Numbered from the stretch's first letter, positions 40,141 to 50,842 are shown. The stretch is 64,000 nucleotides of DNA from Acidobacteriota bacterium (GCA_965217775.1 CBDCJH010000002.1:1824001-1888000), one strand, 5' to 3'. Notes: generated by a model from the sequence alone, not told the origin. Program-made: numbers and translations.

Positions 40141-40400
40141 ATGAAGGGCAAGCATCGCAAGACTCTTGCGGCCGTCTTCCATGAGGCCGTGGAGGACTAT
40201 ATCGAGACTTGTGCCAGGATCGGCGCAGCCGCGGAAGTCCTATTCGGGCCGGGTGATGTTTCGCGTCAGCCCCGAGGTACACGGCAAGGCCGCGCAGGCG
40301 GCGGAGCTGGCCGGCAAGAGCCTGAACCAGTGGGCCGAAGAAGTGCTGGACCGTGCTGCACAGCAAGGCGCGGCGCGACTGCGGCCCATCCAGGCTGCTG
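40141..40400 (+). pseudogene. HicA/HicB deletion remnant
   Basis: HicA-like start MKGKHRKTLAAVF joined to HicB C-terminus HEAVEDYIETC / KSYSGRVMFRVSPEVH..GKSLNQW, with a frameshift. Confidence 0.75.
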
Positions 40401-40454
40401 CAGAAAGCTCTCCGCAGCGCCTCGCCCGAGCCGCACCATTCCTTCCCCCAGGCT

Positions 40455-40735
40455 GACCAGGTGAAGCAGCCCGACGGGGCCAGCGAAGCGGACCCGGAGA
40501 TGGGCTTGACGGCACAGAAGGCCCGATTCCAGTCCCAGAATCGCCCCTGACGGCCCGTTCCAGCTCCGGTGGCCCGGCCGCTTCCCGCGCCGCAACGAAG
40601 GCGTCGAGGCTGGCCGCCGAACCTCCGCTCGTGAAAAGCCAGCCCGCGCTCTCCGGACAGCCCAGCCCGCGCCGGAGCCGGTCGATAACGACCAACTCAA
40701 GCTGGCTCGGCCCGCTCGCACCAGCGAGGATAGCC
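40455..40735 (-). pseudogene. Fragments of a PLP-dependent (aromatic amino acid) decarboxylase
   Basis: GPSQLELVVIDRLRRGLG..AGWLFTSGGSAAS..VAARE; no start codon, internally deleted. Confidence 0.6.
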
Positions 40736-40739
40736 GGTG

Positions 40740-40836
40740 CGGTACGATCGGGTTCGACGAGTTCCGCCTGCTTCCAGAGGGTTTCGTCCAACTCAGGAAT
40801 ATCGCTGAAATCAATATCCTCGTCTTGTATCGCCAC
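40740..40836 (-). pseudogene. BrnA-like antitoxin fragment
   Basis: IQDEDIDFSDIPELDETLWKQAELVEP. Confidence 0.6.
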
Positions 40837-40842
40837 GATCCG

Positions 40843-43263
40843 TCAAAAGAATCTCATCATATAGGTAAATCGAACGCCTCGGCCGATCTCCGGGGCAAGG
40901 TCCTTGACGAAAGACGAGTGATTGCGGTAAAGCCGGTCACCGGCGTTGAAGACATTCACCGAAAACTGGTGAGCCAAGTGCTGCTGTGCATATATGTAGG
41001 ACGCTTTGAGGTTGACGACGGCATAGCCCGGAGTGCGTGTCTCGCCCGTAAACGTTTGGTTCTGCTGGCTCGCCAGAATCAACTGTGGAGTGAATTGGAA
41101 GCCAGCGAATCTGTAGTCGAGGCCGATCCTACCTCTCAGCGGCGGGATGCGCGGTAGAGGAGTATGGGTGTCCGTTTCTTGGGCATCGACGAAGTCGATA
41201 CCGAGATTCAGCCACAGGTCGCGGTGCAGGACAAAGTTTGCATTCGCCTCCGCGCCCACGAAGCGCGCCTCAAGCTGGGTGAATTCGATCACCAGCAGTT
41301 CATCCTCTTCCTCACCGGTTGCAAAGGGAAAGATGAAGTTGCTGAAGCCGTAGTAGAAGAAGTTGATGTCGCCGCGCACGGGGCCTTCGTTGTGGCGCAG
41401 CGACAGGTCGAAGCCGTTGCTCCTTTCGGCGTCGAGGTTCGGGTTGCCGATCTCGAAGGCCAGGTTTCCCGTGTGAGGTCCGAAATTGTAGAGCTCTTCA
41501 AGCGTCGGCGCGCGGTAGCTAAGTGTGTAGTTTGCCACGAAGGCTCCACCGGGCCAGAGGCTGGCATGCAGTCCCGCCGCGGCCGAACCGCCGGTAAACG
41601 TGCGTTTGACGGCGTCGGACACTTCTTCCTCTTCGCCATGCTCTTCCCCCTCTTCCTCATGCTCGTCCTCATGGCCGGCCTCGCCTCGCTCGGCGAATGC
41701 CGGGTTGTAACGCTGCATCTCGGCACGCCCGCCGAACTGGAATTTCACGCGCTCGAATTCCAGTTCTTCCAAAGCGAAGAGCGCGAATCCGTTCTGATCC
41801 ACGGGCGGGGAGAGTGCCTCTTCGCCTGTTGCGTCATACTCGCGGTCAATGCCCCAGAAGCCAAAACGGCCGCTCAGCGGCCCTTTCCTGGCTTGCTCGA
41901 ATACGCCGCGATAGATGAACTGGTTATTGTTGAAGGCTGTTCCGATCTCCTGCTCCCCGTTCTCAAAGAACTCAACTTCGTCGTGTTCCCAATCAACGTA
42001 GCTCAACTTCAAATCAAAGTTCTCGATTGTCGAGCCGAGGTCGTTTAGGCCCCAGTTGATGCGATAGCTCTGACGGCGCGAATCGAGCGAGACCCGTTCG
42101 AGCTCCTCCTCGTCGTCATGTCCCTCTTCTTCTCCGTGATCCTCGTCTTCTTCTTCCTCGTCGTGGTCCTCGCCTTCTTCTTCGTCGTGATTTCCTTCTT
42201 CTTCCTCGCCGTGATGACCATGGAGTTCCTGGGCGAATGGCACTCCGTTGCTGCCGTCGTCCACTTTGACATCGAAGCTGAAGAAGGTTCTATTGCCGAA
42301 CCAGCCGAAGCCCCCACCGCCATTGAAGTTGTTTGCCTCTGAGTTGAAAATCTTGCCCTGTTTCGAGGCGGTGTAATCGCCCGTGCGAATGCCTGCGGTC
42401 GAACCCCATATCATCCAGTTTCCGGCTCCATACTCGAAACCGGTACTGCCACCGGCCAGCGCGTTTGCCGTACCCGCTGATCCGGAAATGTAACCGCGCA
42501 GCCCTTCGTGCGGGTGACGATGCACCTCATGATGTCGGCTGATTGCGTTGACTGTGCCGCCGATGGCGTTACCCGAGTAAAGCAACGTCGCCGGACCCCT
42601 GACGATTTCGAGCCGCTCCAGTTGTGCCGAATTGACCACCTCGCCATGGTCGCCCGACTGCGATGCCAGCGTTCCCGTGCGAATACCGTCCTCCATGATT
42701 AACACCCGGTCGCCGTCGAACCCACGAATGATCGGCCGCGACGATCCAGGACCGAAGCTGCGTTTCGAGATCCCCGTGCCCACCTGTTGGTCAAGCACCT
42801 CGCCAATCGAAACATTGTGCAAGCCGCCCAATTCGTAGGCGTGGAGGGAATGCACATTACTGAACGCTTCGAAGGGGACCTCCTCTTTCCCGCCTCCCGT
42901 GACGGTGATCTCATATCTTTGAGCTCTCAAGCCGAGCGTGAAGTTGGCTGTCGTCGTCTCTCCGGCCACAACGTCGACGGCTTGGGTCTCATCGGTGAAG
43001 ACGCTGTCCAGGTGTGCGATGACCTGATAGCGGCCTGGAGGAACGTTCTTGAATTCATACGATCCGTCAGCGCCGCTCAGCATGCTGCGGCCGAGTTCGA
43101 TGACCTGAACGTGGGCCCCATGCAGCGGGCTGTTGATCTCTTCCATAAACACTGATCCGTCGATCTGTCCCGATTCCTGGGCTTCAAGGCAAACGGATCC
43201 CCATAGGGGAAATGTGAAAACGGCAATCAATCTGCGCAAACGGCTTGCGAATCTTTTAAACAT
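40843..43263 (-). CDS. TonB-dependent receptor, ZnuD-like, with His/Glu-rich loops
   Basis: SFGPGSSRPIIRG, SGDHG, EIVRGPATLLY, GPHTG, PRIPP, NHSSFVKD, C-terminal F; loops such as HGHHGEEEEGNHDEEE. Confidence 0.9.
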   Translation of the reverse strand: MFKRFASRLRRLIAVFTFPLWGSVCLEAQESGQIDGSVFMEEINSPLHGAHVQVIELGRSMLSGADGSYEFKNVPPGRYQVIAHLDSVFTDETQAVDVVAGETTTANFTLGLRAQRYEITVTGGGKEEVPFEAFSNVHSLHAYELGGLHNVSIGEVLDQQVGTGISKRSFGPGSSRPIIRGFDGDRVLIMEDGIRTGTLASQSGDHGEVVNSAQLERLEIVRGPATLLYSGNAIGGTVNAISRHHEVHRHPHEGLRGYISGSAGTANALAGGSTGFEYGAGNWMIWGSTAGIRTGDYTASKQGKIFNSEANNFNGGGGFGWFGNRTFFSFDVKVDDGSNGVPFAQELHGHHGEEEEGNHDEEEGEDHDEEEEDEDHGEEEGHDDEEELERVSLDSRRQSYRINWGLNDLGSTIENFDLKLSYVDWEHDEVEFFENGEQEIGTAFNNNQFIYRGVFEQARKGPLSGRFGFWGIDREYDATGEEALSPPVDQNGFALFALEELEFERVKFQFGGRAEMQRYNPAFAERGEAGHEDEHEEEGEEHGEEEEVSDAVKRTFTGGSAAAGLHASLWPGGAFVANYTLSYRAPTLEELYNFGPHTGNLAFEIGNPNLDAERSNGFDLSLRHNEGPVRGDINFFYYGFSNFIFPFATGEEEDELLVIEFTQLEARFVGAEANANFVLHRDLWLNLGIDFVDAQETDTHTPLPRIPPLRGRIGLDYRFAGFQFTPQLILASQQNQTFTGETRTPGYAVVNLKASYIYAQQHLAHQFSVNVFNAGDRLYRNHSSFVKDLAPEIGRGVRFTYMMRFF

Positions 43264-43477
43264 CCGGAGTCTCCTCTCGAGAGTGAAAAGGGGTGGAAGC
43301 AAGAAGAAAGAACGAGTTCTGAAACGATTGAAGCCGGTCTCAAAATAGACGGGATGACGCAACGGCAGAGGATTGGAGGCTGCTTCAGAGGCCAAAGCCC
43401 CGATTTTCAAGGCCGTTGCGGCACGACTGCAAGCCGTGCGCCGACTGCTGACAAAAAAGGGTTTTTTGAGACCGGTT

Positions 43478-43834
43478 CTAGCTCAGAGGAGGGCCGCGAA
43501 GCGGGGGTATTCCGACCTTGAACAGTCTGACGTTTTCGGTGGCGGATGGTGGGGTTCTGAAGACAGGGGATTTTCCGAAGACCAGAATCGGTTTCAGAGC
43601 GGGACTGAATTGCTGAGCGTGAAGGCAGTTATGATTACCGTGGTGGCCATCTTCAGCGCATACCAAACCTCTATCGACATCTGAGGCGGAGTGAGTATGG
43701 CTGTCGGCGGGCCAGAATTCTTCGATAGGATGGGCAATCTCCAGAGACCCGCCAAACGCAAAAGCCAGTAGCGGCAACAGGAGCAATGTGACGGTTGATT
43801 TCCTGAGAAATCCCGAACCCACCATAAGGACCAC
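43478..43834 (-). CDS. His-rich exported leader protein ending in RGPP (DUF2946/CruR-like architecture)
   Basis: Signal or TM segment; HTH, CAEDGHHGNHNCLH; ends PPLRGPPLS-stop, 215 nt upstream of the receptor. Confidence 0.72.
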   Translation of the reverse strand: MVLMVGSGFLRKSTVTLLLLPLLAFAFGGSLEIAHPIEEFWPADSHTHSASDVDRGLVCAEDGHHGNHNCLHAQQFSPALKPILVFGKSPVFRTPPSATENVRLFKVGIPPLRGPPLS

Positions 43835-43859
43835 TATAGCGCAAATTCGAGTGGGGCGA

Positions 43860-44814
43860 AATCGACTCCATGACCGGGGACGTCCGGCTGGAGCTTCAAA
43901 CCCCCACCTCCGGCGGCAGAGTGCTCCATTTCGACAAGCCTTGGGAGGGCACGACCTGCTTCTACGTCTCGGTGATTCACGGCGACGGCCTCTACCGCAT
44001 GTACTACCGGGGCCACAGTCTCCCGTCCTCCGCAGCCCCGTCCCTTCTGGAACCGGGCGAGACCATGGTCCCCGAACATCCCGAGATGACCTGCTACGCC
44101 GAGAGCCGGGACGGCCGGACCTGGACCAAGCCCGCGCTGGGTCTGGTGGAGTTCGACGGATCGAAACAGAACAACATCATCTGGGACTGCTTCGGCAACC
44201 ACAACTTCATGGTCTTCCTGGACACCAATCCCGAAACGCCACCCGAGGAACGGTACAAGGCATTGGCCTCGGGGCAACCCAACCACCCGTTGAAACGGAT
44301 GGTGGGGATGGTTTCGCCCGACGGGATCCACTGGAAACCCATCCGTGAGGAGGCCATCCTGACGCAGCCTCCCACGGACTGGGGAGGCGACGAGATCTTC
44401 TGGGACCAGTTCAGGAATGAGTATGTCGCTTATCTCCGGGTCTGGTTTCCACCTCGTCACGATGATTCAGGCGAGCGCCGGATGCCCAACATCCGGGCCA
44501 TCGCCCGGGCCACCTCACCCGATTTCCTGAACTGGAGCAAGCTGGAGGACATCGAGTTGGGGGAGGGTCCCCGGGACCAGTTCTACACCAACGGCATTAC
44601 GCCGTACTACCGGGCGCCCCACATCTTCCTGGGCTTCCCCAAGCGTTTCGTTCCCTGGCGGACCAAGATTGCCGATGCGCCCGAGAACGGGGTCTCCGAA
44701 ACGGTGTTCATGACCAGCCGCGACGGTCTGAACTGGGACCGCAGATTCCCCCAAGCCTTCATTCGGCCCGGCCGCGAGAAGAGAAAATGGTACAACCGCA
44801 CCAACATGACCTCT
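43860..44814 (+). pseudogene. Near-identical internal duplicate of the 36068 gene (about 36190-37145)
   Basis: Only a few substitutions versus the original; lacks both the signal peptide and the C-terminus. Confidence 0.92.
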
Positions 44815-45079
44815 AATCGAACTTACGATTAAGAAGTCGGGCGCGGATTTGCTCGAAAAGAGCTCGAAGATCGATTAGATCCTGCTCGTCGCGACGGCTG
44901 GCTAGTGCCGAGTACGTCGGGTCAAGGAGGATTTCGTTGACGGATTCAGAGGCGAGTCGCCGTCCCTCCAAGTAGAGGAACCGGGAATTCGTTGACGGAG
45001 AGCGGTTCTGACCTTCCCCGTCCGATCTCAGGGAAAGTCGTAACCTTTCGATCATTACATCAGTTTCCTTTTCCTTCAT
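44813..45079 (-). CDS. Small hypothetical protein
   Basis: AGGAGG RBS before ATG; palindrome ACACCATGGTGT just upstream. Confidence 0.5.
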   Translation of the reverse strand: MKEKETDVMIERLRLSLRSDGEGQNRSPSTNSRFLYLEGRRLASESVNEILLDPTYSALASRRDEQDLIDLRALFEQIRARLLNRKFD

Positions 45080-45224
45080 ATGTCCTCCTGTAGCACACCA
45101 TGGTGTCTAGGTAACACCGATCGCGCGAGGCCGGCTGGATTCGGACCCGCATCCCCTGGGGCGGAACTCAGGAGTTCTGGCGTTGATTTTGCGGGCCTGT
45201 TGATTCGGTAGAGAGGGGGCAACA

Positions 45225-45971
45225 TCATTCCTCGTCGATGTTTTCTCGTTTCTCAATGAATGGCGACACAGCTGTGATCAGTTCCAGCACTTCTTTAATG
45301 GATTGCCTGGTTACCCGTTCCCGAATCCTTAATTCAAACACGACACCTCCACTGGAATCCGGTGCCAATCGCATTACCGGTTTCTCGGACGCGGCAGTAG
45401 GTATGAAGGGGCCGGCGTAAGGGAGTGTGTCCACGCCAGAGATGAGGCCCACATAGACCAGATTCTGGAGAAAAACGCTGACCAGCTTTCCCGCTCCCTT
45501 CTCGCTGTAACGAGGCTCTGCCTCGGTCGTCAGGTGGCGAAAAATTACGTTCCCGACTCTCCGAAAATCTGCTTCGGAGACGCAACGTCCCAGTCGTTTT
45601 CGATAGCGGTTCCAGATTTCCCGAAAAACGGCGGGCTTCAGCGCGGCATTTCCAGCTGCGACAATGGAGCTGTCGCTTGAGCCGTGTCGATCATACCTTA
45701 AGAATTTTGTCCCATGCATCGGCACACACCAGTAATTGCTGGTGCCAGGCATGTCGAAAGGAGAGAGTAGCCCGTAGGCATGAAGGGCTGCCACACGGCT
45801 CCGGGCACTATAGCTCGACGAGGACATCTTCCAAATGCTGTAGATTCCGTCGGCTGAGATTGGAGATGATCCGTGATTCTCGTAAAGGTCCCGGAAAGGC
45901 GTTTTCAGCGCCTCCAACGGATGCCTTGGAAACGAAGGACTGCGCATTGGGGAGTCGTGTTTCTTTTCCAC
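45225..45971 (-). CDS. Hypothetical protein, possibly winged-helix
   Basis: Lower GC; N-terminal RSPSFP..LE...VAALHAYGLL pattern. Confidence 0.55.
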   Translation of the reverse strand: MEKKHDSPMRSPSFPRHPLEALKTPFRDLYENHGSSPISADGIYSIWKMSSSSYSARSRVAALHAYGLLSPFDMPGTSNYWCVPMHGTKFLRYDRHGSSDSSIVAAGNAALKPAVFREIWNRYRKRLGRCVSEADFRRVGNVIFRHLTTEAEPRYSEKGAGKLVSVFLQNLVYVGLISGVDTLPYAGPFIPTAASEKPVMRLAPDSSGGVVFELRIRERVTRQSIKEVLELITAVSPFIEKRENIDEE

Positions 45972-46348
45972 ACTGCGAATCTACGGCAAGCAGAGGTCGG
46001 CAGTCAAGAGGGAGAACAGAAGAACCGTAAGAAATGCCGTGACGGTTTTTACTTTGAGAGCGTCGTCTAGACAGGGTTACTGGCGTTTTTTGGAGGCAGT
46101 AGTGAGTTTACCTTGTAAAAAACGGGGTAAGGGAGAGGCAGCCGGCAGAGAATGTAACTGTCCCCCCTTCTCCCGTGCCCCATTGGAAGCATTACCACGC
46201 CGGGACCAGCCCGGCTGCAATCGCGTCAATCTCTTTCGTCTGCCTCCCCCAATTCAGGCACGCCAATAAGATCCATTTTGAGCCGAAGACCCTCGATGGA
46301 TAGGCTCGCTGCCCGTTTTCGGCAACGGAATAAAGGGAGGATCGGGAT

Positions 46349-46905
46349 GATGACATCAAGTCTGCTCGCGATTCTGGTGTTCACGACACCTGCATTGATC
46401 GCCGGAAGTCACCACCATTCGGCCCGGCCGCGAGAAGAGGAACTGGTGCAACCGCACCAACATGACGGCCACCGGAGTGGTCTCCACTGGCGATGACGAG
46501 ATATCCCTCTACGTGCTCCGCCACTACAAGTTCCCCAGCATTCACGTGGAGCGGATGGTCCTGAGGACCGACGGGTTCGTCTCCCTCAACGCCAGCTACG
46601 GCGGCGGGGAAGTCGTCACCAAGCCCCTGACCTTCGAGGGGAGCAATCTGGTGCTCAACCTCGCCACCTCCGCGGCGGGAAGCATCCACATCGAGAGCCA
46701 GGACGAGGCGGGGCGGCCGCTTCCCGGATTCGCTCTGGAGGAGTCGCCACTGGTCTGGGGGGACGAGATCGAGGACACCGTCAGGTGGAAGCGTTCCCAC
46801 TCCGGCGCCACCTCAAAGGCGCCCTTGAAGCGGATCGCGGGCAAACCGGTCCGGCTGCGTCCGGTGATGAAGGACGCCGACCTCTTTTCGCTATGATTTC
46901 GTTGA
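46349..46905 (+). pseudogene. Internally deleted paralog of the 36068 gene
   Basis: Signal-peptide region joined directly to the C-terminal ~160 codons; premature TGA at 46894. Confidence 0.9.
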
Positions 46906-47313
46906 TCTGGATGCTCTTGACGTCGGCGTCAAGCCGAAGTCCTCTCCGCTCGTCCTGCGAACCGCGGAGAACGGAACTGTCCCTTTCTCTAGATTCGTAC
47001 CTCTTGCGTGGAAGTTCCGATACCAGCGGGAACGCCCGGCCTGCCGGGGGTGGCGCCGATCTCAGGTTGGAATCTCCGTTCGCCAATCAGAGGAAAGCTC
47101 CCCCACCGGCGCAGTCCGGCGGACGCGTAGGAGAAACAGGCATCGAGTTCATCCGGCCCGGCGTCCTCGACGAGACCATCTCCCCTGCCCAGCCCGCTGG
47201 GCGGAAACGACCCGCCTGTCTTCACTCTTTCCTATTTCCTCTGTTTCTTCGAAGGATCCCTCTATTACGGCCGAGCAGTTTTCCGATCTTTACAGCCCGG
47301 ACCGAGTCCATGC

Positions 47314-48678
47314 TCACCAGATACCCCATATGTGCGACGCCTGTTTGGGAAATAACGCGTTAAGCAAACCGCGCGTCTCCGGGGACCCGATATCGCAGTC
47401 GGGAAAGGCGTACTCGAGCTCATCCGCGCCACGGAACCCGAAGAGCAGTTGCAAGAAAATCAGCCCGGGGAAGAATGCGTCACACGTCCCGGAACTCAGC
47501 CAGTTACCACCCTTTCGCGGCCTGGCTAATCTCTCAACCTTTGCCACACGTCCGTTGTCGAATAAAAGGTTCACTCCGTAATCGACGAAGCCTATCGTAA
47601 GCCTGCCCCCGTAACCCGCCACCGCCGAATCTGCCACCCGCCGTTCCAAGACTGGTCTGACATGCCGCAGGAAGCCGGCAATGTCGGGCACCCGGACATA
47701 CCATCCGCGAATCCTCTTCCATCGCGGCGACCTGTCGTTCATGACCGGATACGCCGGGTGTTCCGTACCCAGTTCGAACGCCACGTTGCGAAACGAGGGT
47801 TGCATCTGTCGCGCAGCGTACGCCTCGCCCATCCTCCGGAGATGCCTCACGACGCTGGGAGTGACCTCATGCCAGGAGGCGCCGTCCTTCAGCTCGTAGA
47901 GAAGAACGCAGGGTTCACCATCCCAGAGACCCCGGACGTGCACAATGAGTCCCACCGGCTCACCAGTCGCGGCCTCCACGATGCACATCTCCAGCTCTGA
48001 ATAGGTGTTCTTGCTCCGCCCGTTCAGCTCGTACCGCCACAGCTTCCCGTCGCGGACGCAAAAGACCAGGTAGCGCCCCATTGCCTCCTCGTACAGGCGA
48101 GCTATGAATGGCAGGTCTCCGGCGGTCGCGGGTCGTACCGTGTAAGGCTCCCGGACAGCATCGTCAAGTGCGGGCCAATTGGAGACGGGGCACGAATACC
48201 CCATTCCAAACTCCAGCGCCATCTCGTAGCCGAACTGGCGATAGAACCAAGGTATGCCGCTGATGACCTGCATCTTCTCGCCGCGCCTCGCACTCATCTC
48301 GTGGACGGCGTCCATCTGAGCCCGCACCAGCCCGCGTCTTCGATAGTCGGGATGCGTGGACACAAGCTCGATACGACCTGCGCTTATTTCAATGCCGCCA
48401 TAGGACCAAGTTTGTGGGATCAGGTTCAGCATCGACACGATGGCCCCGGTACCCATGTCTTCCACCAGGGTGAAGTCACAAGGCTGGAATCTTGGGAGGG
48501 CTCCGCTCATGAGGTCCCTGGTCCAGATTCTGAATGACTCGGCAAACATGTGGGGAAGGTGGACCTTAGCCTGAAACTCCGCAGCAGCCTCAGTATCCTC
48601 CGCGGTGGCCTGTCTCAGGATCAGCCCATCGCCCAAGTCCCCCGGGAGGAACCCGGGCCCCGCGGCATCCGGAGTCAT
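47314..48678 (-). CDS. GNAT (Eis-like) acetyltransferase
   Basis: ELVSTHPDYRRRGLVR, GIPWFYRQFGYE; start taken at MTPDAAG. Confidence 0.85.
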   Translation of the reverse strand: MTPDAAGPGFLPGDLGDGLILRQATAEDTEAAAEFQAKVHLPHMFAESFRIWTRDLMSGALPRFQPCDFTLVEDMGTGAIVSMLNLIPQTWSYGGIEISAGRIELVSTHPDYRRRGLVRAQMDAVHEMSARRGEKMQVISGIPWFYRQFGYEMALEFGMGYSCPVSNWPALDDAVREPYTVRPATAGDLPFIARLYEEAMGRYLVFCVRDGKLWRYELNGRSKNTYSELEMCIVEAATGEPVGLIVHVRGLWDGEPCVLLYELKDGASWHEVTPSVVRHLRRMGEAYAARQMQPSFRNVAFELGTEHPAYPVMNDRSPRWKRIRGWYVRVPDIAGFLRHVRPVLERRVADSAVAGYGGRLTIGFVDYGVNLLFDNGRVAKVERLARPRKGGNWLSSGTCDAFFPGLIFLQLLFGFRGADELEYAFPDCDIGSPETRGLLNALFPKQASHIWGIW

Positions 48679-48965
48679 CCCGTTGTCCCTGCGAGAACAC
48701 GTGTTGCGTACATGCCGCTCCTGACCCTCAGTACCCAGACCAAGCTGCCTTGATCCAAGCCCTGCGCTGCTCGATGTTGTTCTTGGTGAGTTCACCGTCT
48801 TTGGTGGTGTATTCGGACTTTGGTGTTGTATTCGAGGACTACGAAAACACCTTGACCACGATAGCACCTTTCATCACAAGTTTAGGACTTCCACCGGACC
48901 TACATCCGGGGCGCACCAAGCCCAAATTTGCCCCCTGAGCGTGCCTTTTTCCTCGGGATCGGGTG

Positions 48966-49287
48966 GAAGTTGACTACGTGGACTATCATTGACGGAGAAG
49001 ATCGATCATGGCCATGCACAACCCACCGCATCCGGGCGGCATCGTATAGCGGCAGTTCCTCGAACCCCTGGGTTTGACCGTGACCCGAGCCGCCGCGGGT
49101 TTGGGCGTCACTCGGCAGGCGCTTTCGGAGCTGGTGAACGGGGATCTCGGTAGAGATGGCAATACGGCTGTCGAAGGCCTTCAGCTCGACGCCCGAGACC
49201 TGGCTGGGGATGCAGATGGCCTACGATCTCTGGCAGGTGCGCGGCGGCGCCGAGGAGATCGCGGTGGAGCGCTTTGTGGCGCCGTAA
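48966..49287 (+). pseudogene. higA: HigB C-terminal remnant and HigA antitoxin pseudogene
   Basis: EVDYVDYH*, then MAMHNPPHPGGIV*RQFLEPLGL...LSELVNG / ISVEMAIRLSKAFSSTPETWLGMQMAYDLW (one stop, one frameshift). Confidence 0.85.
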
Positions 49288-50119
49288 CCGAGCCACTCGC
49301 TCTTGGGAGCATCACCGTCTCCTCAACGCTGGCGGCCATCGTGGCCGTCTCGATTCATCAGATTCTCCCTCCAAGGTCTTAATTCCCCCGCCTCCTTCGT
49401 CCGTCTCACGAACCACGAACCGAGAGAAGGTAACTGTCCCCTTCTCTTCCGGCTCCATTGGAAAGTCAACCTGTCGGCGGGTGACGGTCCCCCTGGCCGA
49501 TAAACGGTTTATGACTGGTTCAATCGTCCTGTTTTTGAGCCGATTCAGTCGAATCGACAGAGGTTCAAGAGAATCCGGACTCCGACCGCACGAAACCGCC
49601 GGTTTGGAAGCCCTTATCAACATGTCCCATGAATAATCTGGGATACAATAGGTTGGGAGTGTGAATCAGGCTCTCCGACCCCATGCCCTCTGCCATCACC
49701 CTTGTGATACCAGCCCTCAGCAGATTGAGTTGACCCCTCTCCTCCAGGCCGCATATAATTAGTTTTGTTTATCTTTAAACGTCGCCAGTCGTGAGTGCCG
49801 AGCACGTAGGGCTGGCGACCCTCAAGGTGCTACTAGCGTGCCCCAGGAAAGTGCCAAGCCGTATCCCGAAGATCCAATGCGGCCCCGGTTCAAAGACGTG
49901 GATCAGTGCTTCGGCCCTCGTGGATGCGAGGCCCCAGGTGAATTGTGGACCTGGACTTGACCGCGTTCGCTTGAGTTCCCTTCGGGGTTGAGCTCGCCAC
50001 ACGTCGTCGATTCAGTACAATCATTCGGTAAAGGGATGCTCGGGCAACCGGCGTGCCAGGGTATCCCTATGCCTACTTAAACCCTGCGGATCACCCCGTT
50101 TAGAGCTTAAGTACCCCCT

Positions 50120-50842
50120 ATGGAAGAATTCATCCTTGTAATAGCCGTAGTTTGGATTCTGATCTGGTTTTTGGGCGTCTATGGAGACAGACACCCTCTT
50201 GAACCCAAGGAAGTACATCGACTGGCAAAAGTCAGGCAGCGAAACGTTGGTCTCTCGAAATATCAATTCTCGCGACAACAGCGACGAGTCAACGCAAAGC
50301 AGAAGAAGGCGATGAGAGCCGGAGGGGAATTCGTCCAATGTGACCTGGATTACAAAACGGCGCCTGCTTGGGTCGCTGCGATGCTTAAATACAAGAAGCA
50401 TGAGTGGGTAGTGATCGGGTTCATCTGCTCCTTCCGAGTCAAGGCGCTCTGGTGGAACAAAGGCCCGAACAGAAACAAGGTTCGTCCCTTCTTGTCCGGT
50501 TATGCTTTGGATTCTGCAATCGACTCACTGAATCCGGATGCGATTGCTATTCTTCACAATCACCCGAATCCGAATCCTGGCATGTACGTGATGAATCGAC
50601 CCAGCCAACAAGACCTGCGATCGGCCGAATACTTTAAGAATCAAGTCGTGTCGAAAAATAATGTCAGTCTTCTAGAGTTCGTTTGTGAGCGTGGCGTCCC
50701 CCATCTATATTTCGCTGCGTTTCCAGACCGGGAAATTCCCATCCAACCCATCACAGAGCAGATTCAAGCCGTCAATGGCACGAGTATGCTTGCCAACAGT
50801 AGATTACGCCGGGAGCTACGCGGATCAGAAAAGTCTTTGTAG
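50120..50842 (+). CDS. Membrane-anchored JAB/MPN (RadC-like) domain protein
   Basis: N-terminal TM helix; E...ILHNHP...PSQQD; low GC. Confidence 0.6.
   Translation: MEEFILVIAVVWILIWFLGVYGDRHPLEPKEVHRLAKVRQRNVGLSKYQFSRQQRRVNAKQKKAMRAGGEFVQCDLDYKTAPAWVAAMLKYKKHEWVVIGFICSFRVKALWWNKGPNRNKVRPFLSGYALDSAIDSLNPDAIAILHNHPNPNPGMYVMNRPSQQDLRSAEYFKNQVVSKNNVSLLEFVCERGVPHLYFAAFPDREIPIQPITEQIQAVNGTSMLANSRLRRELRGSEKSL

Noticed and set aside
43860-44814. Diversity-generating retroelement template/variable repeat pair
   Set aside because: The copy is about 950 bp, differences are few and not adenine-specific, and no reverse transcriptase is visible.
48800-48838. Two tandem ~19-bp repeats (CTTTGGTGKTGTATTCG)
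   Set aside because: Only two units and no supporting context.
49600-50110. Short low-GC ORFs
   Set aside because: No recognisable motifs or convincing starts; left unannotated.
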